Assembly (NCBI GenBank): GCA_038087875.1
Contig: CM075991.1
Coordinates: 4,092,001-4,156,000 of the forward strand
Reading direction: 5' to 3'
Length of the DNA stretch: 64,000 nucleotides
Source of the DNA: Malacoraja senta
Lineage: Eukaryota
This document shows, piece after piece, positions 50,271 to 63,119 of this stretch (positions are counted from its first letter, which is position 1; every line of letters starts with the position of its first letter). The position numbers were made by a program, and so were the translations under genes. The notes beneath the pieces are model-generated. The model was not told the origin of the DNA. It saw only the letters and a program-made list of their open reading frames with translations, and searched no databases.

Positions 50271-52345
50271 GAGTGAATTGGAACATGTTGTTTTATGGGA
50301 AGGATGTAGAAGAGAAATGGAGGACACTTAAAGGTGAAATTTTAAGAGTACAGAATCTTTATGTCCCTGTTCGGTTGAAAGGAAATAGTAAAAATTGGAA
50401 AGAGCCATGGTTTTCAAGGGAAATTGGACACTTGGTTCGGAAAAAGAGAGAGATCTATAATAATTATAGGCAGCATGGAGTAAATGAGGTGCTTGAGGAG
50501 TATAAAGAATTTAAACAGAATATTAAGAAAGAAATTAGAAAAGCTAAAAGAAGATATGAGGTTGCTTTGGCAAGTAAGGTGAAAGTAAATCCAAAGGTTT
50601 TCTACAGCTATATTAATAGCAAAAGGATAACAAGGAATAAAATTGGTCCATTAGAGAGTCAGAGTGGACAGCTATCTGCAGAGCCAAAAGAGATGGGGGA
50701 GATATTGAACAATTTCTTTTCTTCGGTATTCACCAAGGAGAAGGATATGGAATTAGGTGAGGTAAGGGAAACAAGCAGAGTAGCAATGGAAACTATGAGA
50801 TTCAAAGAAGAGGAGGTGCGGACACTTTTGAAAAATATGAAAACGGATAAGTCTCAATGTCCTGACAGGATATTCCCGAGGACATTGAGGGAAGTTAGTG
50901 TAGAAATAGCAGGGGCTATGACAGAAATATTTCAAATGTCATTAGAAACGGGAATAGTGCCGGAGGATTGGCGTACTGCGCATGTTGTTCCATTGTATAA
51001 AAAGGGTTCTAAGAGTAAACCTAGCAATTATAGACCTGTTAGTTTGACGTCAGTGGTGGGCAAATTAATGGAAAGGATACTTAAAGATAATATATATAAG
51101 CATCTGGATAAGCAGGGTCTGATTAGGAACAGTCAACATGGATTTGTGCCTGGAAGGTCATGTTTGACTAATCTTCTAGAATTTTTCGAAGAGGTTACTA
51201 GGGAAATTGATGAGGGTAAAGCAGTGGATGTTGTCTATATGGACTTCAGTAAAGCCTTTGACAAGGTTCCTCATGGAAGGTTGGTTAAGAAGATTAAATT
51301 GCTGGGTATTAATGGTGGAGTAGCAAGATGGATTCAACAGTGGCTGAATGGGAGATGCCAGAGAGTAATGGTGGATGGCTGTTTGTCAGGTTGGAGGCCG
51401 GTGACTAGTGGGGTGCCTCAGGGGTCTGTGTTGGGTCCACTGTTGTTTGTCATGTACATCAATGATCTGGATGATGGTGTGGAAAATTGGATTAGTAAGT
51501 ATGCAGATGATACTAAGATAGGTGGTGTGGTGGACAATGAAGTAGATTTTCAGTCTACAGAGAGATTTAGGCCATTTGGAAGAGTGGGCTGAAAGATGGC
51601 AGATGGAGTTTAATGCTGATAAATGTGAGGTACTACATCTCGGCAGGACAAATCAAAATAGGACGTACATGGTAAACGGTAGAGAATTGAGGAATGCAGT
51701 TGAACAGAGGGATCTAGGAATAACTGTGCATAGTTCCCTGAAGGTGGAATCTCATGTAGATAGGGTGGTAAAGAAAGCTTTTGGGGTGCTGGCCTTTATA
51801 AATCAGAGCATTGAATATAGAAGTTGGGAAGTAATGTTAAAATTGTACAAGGCATTGGTGAGGCCAATTCTGGAGTATGGAGTACAATTTTGGTCGCCTA
51901 ATTATAGGAAGGATGTCAACAAAATAGAGAGAGTACAGAGGAGATTTACTAGAATGTTGCCTGGGTTTCAGCAACTAAGTTACAGAGAAAGGTTGAACAA
52001 GTTTGGTCTTTATTCTTTGGAGCGCAGAAGGTTAAGAGGGGACTTGATAGAAGTCTTTAAAATGATGAGCGGGTTAGACAGAGTTGACGTGGATAAGCTT
52101 TTTCCATTGAGAGTAGGGAAGATTCAAACAAGGGGACATGACTTGAGAATTAAGGGACATAAGTTTAGGGGTAACATTAGTGGGAACTTCTTTACTCAGA
52201 GAGTGGTAGCTGTGTGGAATGAGCTTCCAGTGGAAGTGGTGGAGGCTGGTTCGATTTTATCCTTTAAAAATAGATTGGATGGGTATATGGACGGGAAAGG
52301 AATGGAGGGTTATGGTCTGAGTGCAGGTAGATGGGACTAGGGGGA
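50271..52345 (+). mobile_element. CR1 LINE, 5'-truncated, young; ORF2 (RT) with one frameshift near 51555
   Basis: ORFs 50273-51592 and 51576-52340: [52 protein letters not shown]. Confidence 0.97.
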
Positions 52346-52355
52346 AGTTGACATC

Positions 52356-52555
52356 NNNNNNNNNNNNNNNNNNNNNNNNNNNNNNNNNNNNNNNNNNNNN
52401 NNNNNNNNNNNNNNNNNNNNNNNNNNNNNNNNNNNNNNNNNNNNNNNNNNNNNNNNNNNNNNNNNNNNNNNNNNNNNNNNNNNNNNNNNNNNNNNNNNNN
52501 NNNNNNNNNNNNNNNNNNNNNNNNNNNNNNNNNNNNNNNNNNNNNNNNNNNNNNN
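52356..52555. other. Assembly gap (200 N)
   Basis: Run of N. Confidence 1.
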
Positions 52556-52785
52556 GAAGCATATACAATTCTTAAAGGATTGGACAGGCTAGATGCAGGA
52601 AAAAATGCCTCCCTAGTGTTGGGGGAGTCCAGAACCAGGGGTCACAGTTTAAGAATAAGGGGTAGGCCATTTTGGACTGAGATGAGGAGTAACCTTTTCA
52701 CCCAGAGAGTTGTGAATCGGTGGAATTCTCTGCTGCCAGAGGCAGTGGAGGCCTATTCACTGGATGTTTTCAAGAGAGAGTGGTA

Positions 52786-53370
52786 AAGGGCCTGTCCCAC
52801 TTGGCCATCATTTGCGCGTCATTTACGCGACCTGGTAGCGTGTGGGTAGCGCGGTACGGGCGCATGGAGTGGCGTGGAGGAGTGTGGAGTTGCGCGCGTT
52901 ATCGCGCAGTGCTCCAGGAATTCAAAATCTTCGCGCACCACCGGCCTGTCACGTAAATGACGGCCAAGTGGTACACCCTGGCGCGGCGCAACGTCTCACC
53001 TCCAACAGCAGCAGAAGCAGACAAGCGATCGCCGAGCTCGGCCTGGGGCTCACAGCCGTTGCGGATCCGGATCCACCCCCACTCCTACTCCCAGAGCGGG
53101 GCCAAGACGATTGGAGATAGACACAAAATGCAGGAGTAACTCAGTGGGACGTTTTGGATCGAGATCCTTCTTCAGACTGAAGAAGAGTCTCAACCCGAAA
53201 CCTATCCATCCTTCTCTCCAGAGATGCCGGTCCCACTGAGTTACTCCTGCATTTTGTGTCCATTTCAAGCCGCTCAGGCTGCGCCCAGAAGACGCGGACG
53301 CGACCGTCGCAGCACTGGTCAGTCACTACCGGCCTGTTGCGTAAATGACGGCCAAGTGGGACAGGCCCTT
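52786..53370. mobile_element. Non-autonomous DNA transposon with TA duplication, inserted in a CR1 3' end and containing a PLE fold-back (about 53115-53262)
   Basis: 21-bp perfect TIR AAGGGCCTGTCCCACTTGGCC; TA on both sides; CR1 sequence 52560-52785 resumes at 53371-53530. Confidence 0.9.
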
Positions 53371-54873
53371 TAGATTTAGCTCTTAGGGCTAGAGGAATTA
53401 AGGAATATGTGGAAAAAGCCAAAACAGGGTACTGATCTGAGGTGATCAGCCATGATCATATTGAATGGCGGTGCTGGCTCGAATGGCCCACTCCTACTCC
53501 TGCATTTTCTGTGTTTCTATATTTCTATGTTTCAAACCCTTCCCTTTGGCCATGGATGTAGACCCTGTGGCCCCTATCCTTACAGTTTCCTTTCTTTATT
53601 GTCGCCAGTGGCTCATTGCTCTCAGAGCACATGAATGATTAACTCACCCATTTGGACCCCCACCTCTGGCTTTGCCCCCCTAACTGACCCACCGACGCAC
53701 TTCGGCTCAAAGAACAGCAGCTCCACGTAACATTTACATCTGCAGTTGTTTCCACACTGCGATGGAAAATATTTTGTGAACCCATTGATTTTAATGGGAT
53801 TAATTGCTTACATGTTCCGGGTTTTTTTGTGCGTAAGTATGTATTGCATGTTAAGTAATAACAACATCACTGCAGAGTAAGTCTTTCACCAATTGATGCA
53901 TGGAAAATTAGATAGGCTTCCCGTGTGAGAAATCGTGCACAGATTTCTCTCAGTAAACTCTCTCGTTATGCGGTTTCACTGGAAACTTTTTGATCTCACC
54001 CACCTCAGAAGGTCTCTCCGAATTAAGAAATATCGCGGATTTTTTTGTTTTTTTTGCGTGTGCCTGTGAAACCACCAAAATGCACAATGGAAAACTGGGC
54101 CAACAGCTGGTTAGGGTTTGCCATAGAGTTGACCCAAGTCCCTCATGGTTTCTCAGCAGACTGCATGTTTCCAGCGTGTATGGGGTAAATTCACAGCCCG
54201 GGCGGGCTCTGTATTGCTCCTTGCTCTGCTGCCGGCCTGTGTAACCTCAGTGCTGAAACTTTATACATTCCTCCTCAACTTGTTAAACAGGAATAAAATG
54301 GATTTGGTCGATCAGCCAGCAGGGAGGCGCGATAAATTGAGAAATCTGGCAACCAGCATAGGCCTTTTTAAACAAATATCGGCTACATTGCCTTGAAAAG
54401 ATGCCTTGCGCTTAACCCTATACGCTATGCCTGCAGTACGAGCATGGAAAGATAATTAGAACAAATGTTGCCTCAAAAAAATTAATAGGTGCATCACAAC
54501 ATGGAGTTGAAACTTTAATGACATGTCAAACACCTCTGGTGATGCTGTTTAAATTTCACTTACTCTAAGATCTCAGGGATAGCACAGTACACAGTATAGT
54601 TACTTCAAGTAACCCTTGCTTTCCCTCTCTCTCCATCCCCTCCCCCTTCCCAGTTCTCCAACCAGTCTTACTGTCTCTGAGCATTTTATCTCTGTTTGCT
54701 CTCTTGTTATCTTCTCCCAACTAACAATGATCTATTCAACATTTTCCTTGATCAACATTCCCTTTGTCCTGTTTTCACACCTTACTCTTCCTTATCTATA
54801 TACATCCTTATCTATATACTTCCCTCTCCCCTGATATCAGTCTGAAGAAGGGTCTCGAGCTGAAACATCACGC

Positions 54874-56096
54874 TGTTGCGGCCTGAACGAGGTCAGTAAA
54901 AGGCCAGACGCCAGGCGGGTTCAATTAGTAGACTTTAATCCTTACAGCGAGATCACACCACACACACACCTCGAGAGCACTAAATCCAGGGTCGTCTCCA
55001 AACCCCGTGGCAGACCAGTCCCCTGTCCCTCGCTCGGCGAGGGGGATGATCCAAGGAGTGGCCTACCCCCCAGGGACCGCCACATGACCCCCCCCCAAGT
55101 ACCCGAGACACGAAACGGACAGGAGGCCGTACACGGCGGCCAGCGCGGGTACACACCATGCCCTGCCCCGGAACAGGCAACTGACCAACAGGTGCATGGG
55201 ACCGAGTAACCAGAGGAGGTACCCTAGACAGAGGCCGCCCTCGCTTACGGGGCCGCGCTACCACACCGGCTGATCAATATCAATATGTGCTGGCTTCAAC
55301 CGCGCAACTGAAACAGTCTCATGCCGACCCCCCATGTCCAGGACGAAAGAGGATGAGCCATGTTCCAGGACCCGAAAGGGACCCTCGTACGGCCGCTGGA
55401 GAGGTGTCCGATGCGCATCCCTGCGCAGAAAAACGAACTGGCAGTCCACCAGGGCAGGCGGAACATGGGGACGGAAAGACCCATGACGAGACGTTGGCAC
55501 CGGCGCCAACTTGCCCACCGTGTGCCGAAGACGTTGCAGAGCGTCCGAAGGCTGCTCCACCTGACCACGTGCCGACGGGATGAACTCCCGGGTACCGTCA
55601 ACGGAGACCCATAAACCAACTCGGCGGAGGAGGAGGCTAAGTCCTCTTTGGGTGCGGTGCGGATCCCCAGCAAAACCCACGGCAGAGCGTCCACCCAGTC
55701 CGGATCCTTGAGCCGTGCCTTCAGGGCGTCCTTAAGTTGACGGTGAAACCGCTCCACCAAGCCGTTCGCCTGCGGGTGGTACGCCGTCGTGTGGTGCAGA
55801 CGAACACCCAGGAGACGTGCCATGGCCGCCCACAGCTCCGACGTGAACTGAGGCCCCCGGTCGGAAGTTATGTCGGGGTCACCAGTGTAGCGGCCTGAAC
55901 GAGGTCAGTAAAAGGCCAGACGCCAGGCGGGTTCAATTAGTAGACTTTAATCCTTACAGCGAGATCACACCACACACACACCTCGAGAGCACTAAATCCA
56001 GGGTCGTCTCCAAACCCCGTGGCAGACCAGTCCCCTGTCCCTCACTCGGCGAGGGGGATGATCCAAGGAGTGGCCTACCCCCCAGGGACCGCCACA
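54874..56096 (-). mobile_element. Internally deleted Ty3/Gypsy LTR retrotransposon
   Basis: LTRs 54874-55084 and 55886-56096 (211 bp, TG...CA, 2 mismatches); TSD ACGC; PBS 55872-55884 complementary to the tRNA-Trp 3' end; PPT 55088-55096. Confidence 0.96.
55258..55872 (-). pseudogene. Gypsy integrase, C-terminal half (frameshifted)
   Basis: DITSDRGPQFTS...TTAYHPQANGLVERFHRQLK and GPY/F module PLQRPYEGPFRV...VSVARLKPAH. Confidence 0.93.
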
Positions 56097-56235
56097 ACGC
56101 ATTCCTTCGCTCCAGGGATGCTGCCTGAGTTACTCCAGCATTTTGTGTCTATCTTTGATTTAAACCAGCATCTGCAGTTCCTTCCTGTACTACATAAAAT
56201 CCTGACTGCAGTTCCACCCAGCGACTTACATCATA

Positions 56236-58334
56236 TTTACTGCCGCCGTGACATCAACCGCCTCAACCTCTCCACTCCCCTGTCTCACTCCAATCTCTCC
56301 CCCCCTGAACGCACTGCCATCGACTCACTCCGCAACAACCTGGATTGGGTTATCAAACCCGCCATCAAGGGAGGTGCCGTGGTAGTCTGGCGCGTCGATC
56401 TCTACAAAGCTGAGGCCACGCGCCAACTCTCGGACACCTCCTCCTACTTACCCCTGGACCATGACCCCACTGACGAGCACCAGGTCACCGTCTCCAGCAC
56501 CAGCACCGACTTCATCCACTCCCACGCCCTGCCCGACTGAGCCTCATCGTTCCCCAGCCCCGCACAGCCCGCTTTTACCTTCTCCCCAAAATCCACAAAC
56601 CTGACTGTCCCGGTAGACCCATTGTCTCTGCCTGTTCGTGCCCCACCGAACTCATCTCCACCTACCTCGACTTCATCCTATCCCCCTTGGTTAAATCCCT
56701 CCCTACGTATGTCAAGACACCTCAGACACTCTCCGTCGTCTCCGCGCATTCCACTCTCAAGGCCCTCACCCCCTCATCTTCACCATGGACGTCCAGTCAT
56801 TGTACACCTCCATCCCCCACCAGGATGGTCTCGAAGCCCTCCGTTTTTTCCTCGACCGAAGAAGCAACCTATACCCAGCCACTGACACCCTCCTCCACCT
56901 AGCGGAGCTTGTCCTTACCCTCAATAACTTCTCATTTGACTCCTCCCATTTCCTCCAAATACAAGGCGTAGCTATGGGCACACGCTTGGGCCCCAGCTAC
57001 GCCTGCCTCTTTGTCGGTACGTAGAACAATCCTTGTTCAATGCGTACCAGGGCCCTATCCCCGACCTCTACCTCCGCTACATCGATGACTGTTTTGGTGC
57101 CACATCCTGCACCCACACACAACTGACTGACTTCATCCGCTTCACCACTAACTTCCATCCGGCACTCAAATACACCTGGACCATTTCCGACACTTCCCTA
57201 CCATTCCTTGACCTCACTATCTCCATCGCAGGTGATAGACTTCTTACCGACATCCACTACAAACCTACCGACTCCCATGGCTATCTGGACTACACTTCTT
57301 CCCACCCTGCTTCCTGTAAGGACTCCATCCCCCACTCCCAATTCCTCCGTCTACGCCGCATCTGCTCCCAGGATGAGGTGTTCCACACCAGGGCATCCGA
57401 AATGTCCTCATTCTTCAGGGAACGGGGGTTCCCCTCCTCCACCATAGATGAGGCTCGCACCAGGGTCTCTGCCATACCCGCAACACTGCTCTCTCTCCCC
57501 ATCCCCCCATTCACAACAAGGGCAGAGTCCCCCTAGTCCTCACCTTTCACCCCACCAGCCGTCACATACAACAAGTGATCCTCTGTCAGTTTCGCCACCT
57601 CCAACATGACCCCACCACTCGCCACATCTTCCCATCTCCCCCATGTCTGCCTTCCGCAAAGACCGCTCCCTCCGTAACTCCCTTGTCAATTCTTCCCTTC
57701 CCTCCCGTACCACCCCCTCCCCGGATACTTTCCCTTGCAACCGCATGAGATGCAACACTTGTCCCTTCACCTCCCCCCTCCACTCCATTCAAGGACCTAA
57801 GCAGTCGTTCCAGGTGTGACAGAGGTTCACCTGCATCTCCTCCAACCTCATCTATTGCATCCGCTGCTCTAGAACCCGGCTGATCTACATCGGTGAGACC
57901 AAGCGGAGGCTTGGCGATCGTTTCGCCGAACACCTCTGGTCGGTCCGCAATAACTAACCTGACCTTCCGGTGGCTCAGCACTTCAACTCCCCATCCCATT
58001 CCGTATCCGACCTCTCTGTCCTGGGTCTCCTCCATGGCCACAGCCGAGCAACACCGGAAATTGGAGGAAATGCACCTCATATTCCGCTTGGGCAGTCTAC
58101 ATCCTGGGGGCTTGAACATTGAATTCTCCCAATTCCTGCTAGCCCTTGCTGTCCCCTCCCCTTCATCAGCCCTCTGGTTGTCTCCTCCCCTCCCCCAGCC
58201 CTCGGGCTCCTCCGCGTCTTTTTTCCTTTCTTCTCCCCAGTCTGAAGAAGGGTTTCGGCCCGAAACGTTGCCTATTTCCTTCGCTCCATAGATGCTGCTG
58301 CACCTGCTGAGTTTCTCCAGCATTTTTGTGTACC
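56236..58334 (+). mobile_element. Penelope-like retroelement (Neptune type), 5'-truncated, disrupted RT plus GIY-YIG ORF
   Basis: [44 protein letters not shown], Cys linker CNRMRCNTC, NLIYCIRC...YIGETKRRLGDRFAEH; hammerhead core at 58242-58269. Confidence 0.95.
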
Positions 58335-59055
58335 ATCATATTTACTTACACGGCTTGCAATGCATTTATGATGTGGAAACATCATAGTGTCACACAACGT
58401 GGAAACAGGCTCTTCAGCCCAACTTGCCCACGTCGACCAACATTCCCCATCTAAGTTCATGTTCAGAAGTGATAGGAGAAGAATTAGGTAATTTGACCCA
58501 ACAAGCCTAGTCCACCATTCAATCATGGCTGATCCATCTCTCTCTCTTAACCCCATTCTCCTGCCTTCTCCCCATAACCTCTGACACCCGTACTAATCAT
58601 GAATCTATCTATCTCTGCCTTAAAAATATCCATTGACTAGGCCGCCATAGCCTTCAGTGAATTCCACAGATTCACCTCTGACTAATCCACACCACATCCT
58701 CTCTATCTACACGTTCCACCTGCCTGCTTTTGGCCCAAATCCCTCTAAACCTACCCTATCCATGTAATTGTCGAAATGTTTCAAACGTTGTGTTCATAAC
58801 TGCCTCAACTATCTCCCCTGGCAGCTCGGTACATACACCCACCACCCTTTGTGTAAAAATGTTACCTCACCGGTTCCCATTCAATCTTTCCCCAATCACC
58901 CTTTGTGTAAAAATGTTACCTCACCGGTTCCCATTCAATCTTTCCCCAATCACCTTAAACCCATGTCCTCTAGTTCTTGATTCCCCTACTCTGGGCAAAA
59001 GACTCCATGCATTTATCCGATCTATGCCTCTCATGACCTTGTACATGTATATCTT

Positions 59056-59358
59056 TAGTTTAATTTAGCGATACAGTGCGTAAATAGGCCCTTCGGCCCA
59101 TCGAGCCAGTGACGACCAGCGATCCCCGCACACTAACACTATCCTACACACACGAGGGACAATTTACAATTTTACCAAGTCAATTAGCCTACAAACCTGT
59201 ACCTCGTTGGAGTGTGGGAGGAAACTGGACATCCCGGAGAAAACCCACACATGTCATGGGTAGAACGTACAATCTCTGTACAGACAGCCTCCGTAGTCAG
59301 GATCAAACCATGTTCTCTGGCGCTGTAAGACAGTGACTCTACCGCTGCTCCACCGTGT
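59056..59358 (-). mobile_element. HE1-like SINE
   Basis: Reverse complement of the family consensus. Confidence 0.88.
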
Positions 59359-59398
59359 CAGTTATAGGCCCACCAGAGTGTCCTCGAAAGCTCTAGAC

Positions 59399-59757
59399 CA
59401 GGGGTTCTCAACCAGGGGGGAAGTCCCCCCAGGGGGGGATTTCAGGTTTTCAGGGGGGGGAATTGGGACCACAGATTAGCAAACTCAAACTGTTAGAATG
59501 TTGATCTTTTTATTGCCTTTGAGCTCCCCAGGGCAGCACAAAATTCAGTATGCATCGGTTAGCTGCTATAAAAATAATCCATGTAAAATTGTAAATGTAT
59601 CTGTACTAATATGGAAAAAATAAAGGATTTTCAGTATTATATGCATATTATTTGGAATGCACTTTTTGAGGCAGACAATCTTGGAAAGGAGGGGGGGAAT
59701 GACATTCTGACATATGGTGAAAGGGGTGCATGGGGCAAACAAGGTTGAGAACCACTG
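59399..59757. mobile_element. hAT (Charlie-like) MITE
   Basis: TIRs CAGGGGTTCTCAACC / GGTTGAGAACCACTG; perfect 8-bp TSD CTCTAGAC (59391-59398, 59758-59765). Confidence 0.95.
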
Positions 59758-61536
59758 CTCTAGACAGCAACAATGGAGGCAAACCTGGCTGAGATATTCC
59801 CTTTCTTGCACACAACCCACCTTCCAGACCCTTCGGGCAGCTCAGCGCGGGATTAGCCAAATGCCTGAAGCAAGTGGTTAGTATGCATATACACCTGTAA
59901 TTGAAACAAAACAAAGAGCAGAAGATATTATGGAACGTTCCAAAATCCATTGTACCCATTCTGCTCAGCTTGTTTCTCCCTTCACTTAAGCACAGGGCTT
60001 TGCCAAGTCACATCTCCCAGTAGGAGATGTGTAGGAAGGAACTGCACATGTTGGCTTAAACCGAAGATAGACACAAAATGCTGGAGTAACTCAGCGGGAC
60101 AGGCACCATCTCTGGAAGAAGGAATGTATGACAAAGAGGCTCGACCCGAAACGTCACCCGTCCTTCTCTCCAGAGATGCTGCCTGTCCCGCTGAGTCACT
60201 CCAGCACTTTGTGTCTATTCCCAGTAGGAGATTCTACTTGTAAAGCCAGCCGCTCTCCTTAGTCACAGGCTTCGGGAATCTAATGCCGATAAGATTCCTT
60301 TCGAACTCCATCTGGTGACGTGTTCAACAATTCTCATCACAATTAGGGTGTCAGGGGTTATGGGGAGAAAGCAGGAGAATGGGGTTAGGAAGGAGAGACA
60401 GATCAGCCATGATTGAATGGCAGAGTAGACTTGATGAGCCGAATGGCCTAATTCTGCTGCTATCACTTATGAACACTTATGAACTCATAAGGTACAATGA
60501 CTCAGAGGCTCAGGAGAGATTCTGAACCTGTAATTCAAGTTCCTGGCCCAACGTTAGTAATAGTCCAGTATGTTGTTAATCCACAAAGATTATTGTCTAT
60601 TGTCTATTACCAGGCAAACTTTGTCCCACTGAAACAAGAGCAACAAGCTAATATAACTAAAAACCCCAAACACTAGAATGGTTTTCCAATAATCACAGTC
60701 ATCAGATCAAAAAATACTTTGTTTTAGCAATGGTAGTCAAAATAAAAATGCTGGAGAAACTCAGCGGGTGAGGCAGCATCTATGGAGCGAAGGAAATAGG
60801 CAACGTTTCGGGCCAAAACACTTCTTCAGACCAATTATGTGTCACTCAGGGAGCTGCAGATAGATCAGTTAGAAAAAAATAAATCAATCATATAATCTTC
60901 ATGATTCACCATAAAGTCATAGTTATAGTCATACAGCGTGGAAACAGAGCCTTCGGCCTAACTTGCCCGCACCGACCAACATGTCCCATCTACAATAGTC
61001 CCACCTACCTGCCTTTGGCCCATATCCCTCTAAACCTGTTTTATCCATGTACCTGTCTAAATGTTTCTTAAATGTGGCGATGGTACCTGCCTCAACTACC
61101 TCCCACGGCAGCTCGCTCCACCACCCATTGTGTGAAAAAGTTACCCCTCGTGCCACTCTTAAATCTTTCCCACCAAACAGAATTCTACAACTCGCAAAAT
61201 TCCATATTATAGACAACAGTGAGAACGAGATGATGCCACTGTAACCTGAGGAAGTAGTTCTATAGATAATTGTGGTGTGTGTATTGGACTCCACATTAGA
61301 GTGAATACACACAACTGGAATCCACACTGATCCATAGCAAAATAGATCAAAAATCCAAGTAATTTGAGGGCCCGTGACCTTTCAGGTACATTAGAGGCAA
61401 TAGAGTACTCGGAGCAGCCCACGTTATAACACTTCAAAAGTAGACAAAAATGCTGGAGAAACTCAGCAGGTGCAGCATCATCTAAGGAGCGAAGGAAATA
61501 GGCAACGTTTCGGGCTGAAACCTTATGTTCTGATGA

Positions 61537-61597
61537 GTAGCGACTTTGAGTCCTGAAAAGCGCTATATAAATAAAATCTATTATTATTATTATTATT
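61537..61597 (+). mobile_element. L2-type LINE/SINE 3' tail
   Basis: 'agcgactttgagtcctgaaaagcgctatataaataaaatc' plus (TAT)n. Confidence 0.65.
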
Positions 61598-61888
61598 GAC
61601 TCCGAGAATTTCAAGATTGTGAAATATGTGTAAAAACATTTCACGTTTGCATGCTAGTAGCAAATGAGTGGACTGAAGTGCGGCTATTTGCCAGAGTTAA
61701 AGTCCAATACCATTGTGCTTCCTCATCAGTCTTTAGAAACATTTGCCCTTGTGTCTGCAACCACCGGCACTATTTTATTTTTGCTGAATTTTGCGACGTA
61801 ATTTCCCACGACATTTCCATATCAGCACTTGTCTTTGACTGGGACAGAGATAACATTGTGTAAATGGCAAAGATATTCACAGATAACA

Positions 61889-62205
61889 GGGTCGGCACGG
61901 TGGCGCAGTGGTAGAGTTGGTGCCTTACAGCGCCAGGGACCCAGGTTCGATCCTGGCGGGTGCTGTCTGTACACAGTTTGTACGTTCTCCCGTGACCTGT
62001 GTGGGTTTTCTCCGAGATCTTCGGTCTCCTCCCACACTCCAAAGATGTACAGGTTTGTAGGTTAATTGACTTGGGAAAAATGTAAAATTGTCCCTAGTGT
62101 GTAGGGTAGTGTCAATGTATGGGGACTGCTGGTCAGCGTGGTCTCGGTGGGCCAAAGGGTATGTTTCCGCACTGTATCTCTAAACTAAACTAAACTACAC
62201 TAAAC
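61889..62205 (+). mobile_element. HE1-like SINE, full length
   Basis: A box TGGCGCAGTGG, B box GGTTCGATCC, core and (CTAAA)n tail. Confidence 0.92.
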
Positions 62206-62474
62206 TCTTGGTCCATAGGTTTCGATCACCATGGGTGAAGAATTTTTAAGTAACCTTTGCTCTATAGCCTAAGTGGATAGGAATCAGTAGCAAAGAAAGA
62301 GTATCTCTCCATAACACTGTAGCCTTCATATATGAAATACATCGCTGATGATCCAGTTGGCTTAATTCTGATCTTTCTTCACTAATGTTTTCTTTCATAT
62401 TTCCACTTTCAGGTTCTGAAAATGTGTTTGACTTGGAACCTCTGTTTCTCTTTCCCTGGATGCTGCCTGACGTT

Positions 62475-62780
62475 TGACTTTAGACTTTCGAGATACAGCG
62501 CAGAAACAGGCCCTTCGGCCCACTGATTCCGCGCCGACTGGTGACCACCACCTGTACACTCGCGCTATCCTACACACACAAAGGACAATTTACAGAAGGC
62601 CAATCAACCAACAAGCCTGCACGTCTTTGGAGTGGGGGAGGAAACCGGAGCACCCGGAGAAAACACACTTCGTTAAAGGGAGAATGTACAGACTCTGTGC
62701 AGACAGCTCCCATAGTCAGGATCGAACCCGGGTCTCTGGCGCTGTGAGGCCACAACTCTACCGTTGCACCAGCGTGCCCA
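62475..62780 (-). mobile_element. HE1-like SINE, full length
   Basis: Reverse complement of the family consensus. Confidence 0.9.
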
Positions 62781-63119
62781 CCTGCTGAGTGGTTCCACAT
62801 CTCAAGTCAAGTCAAGTCAAGAGAGTTTATTGTCATGTGTCCCAGATAAGACAATGAAATTCTTGGTTTCTATTCTCTTTTTATCTCAATTCCAAGTGGC
62901 CCTCGTCGATTTTATAGCCATTGAGGGAAGTCCCAAAGATGTGTTGGCTTTGATATGAAAAACTAACTTTATAATATTTCATAATACATTCGGCTAGTCT
63001 CTGCTAATTAGTTTGTACCTATTCCCTTCCCACACAGCCTCTCATTCCATATTTACCTCAACCTGTTATTTTAGGCTTTCCTGTATTCTATTCCTTTCAC
63101 ATTTCTGACTTACATGTAA

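Noticed and set aside
52257..52575. ORFs containing X runs
   Set aside because: Artefacts of the 200-N assembly gap
57586..58323. 245-aa minus-strand ORF
   Set aside because: Antisense shadow of the C-rich Penelope coding strand
61530..61565. CTGATGAG...GAAA second hammerhead-like match
   Set aside because: Formed by the junction with an L2-type tail (aagcgctatataaataaa); no convincing stems I and III
61893..61955. tRNA gene-like A and B boxes
   Set aside because: Head of an HE1 SINE; no full cloverleaf and it continues into the SINE core
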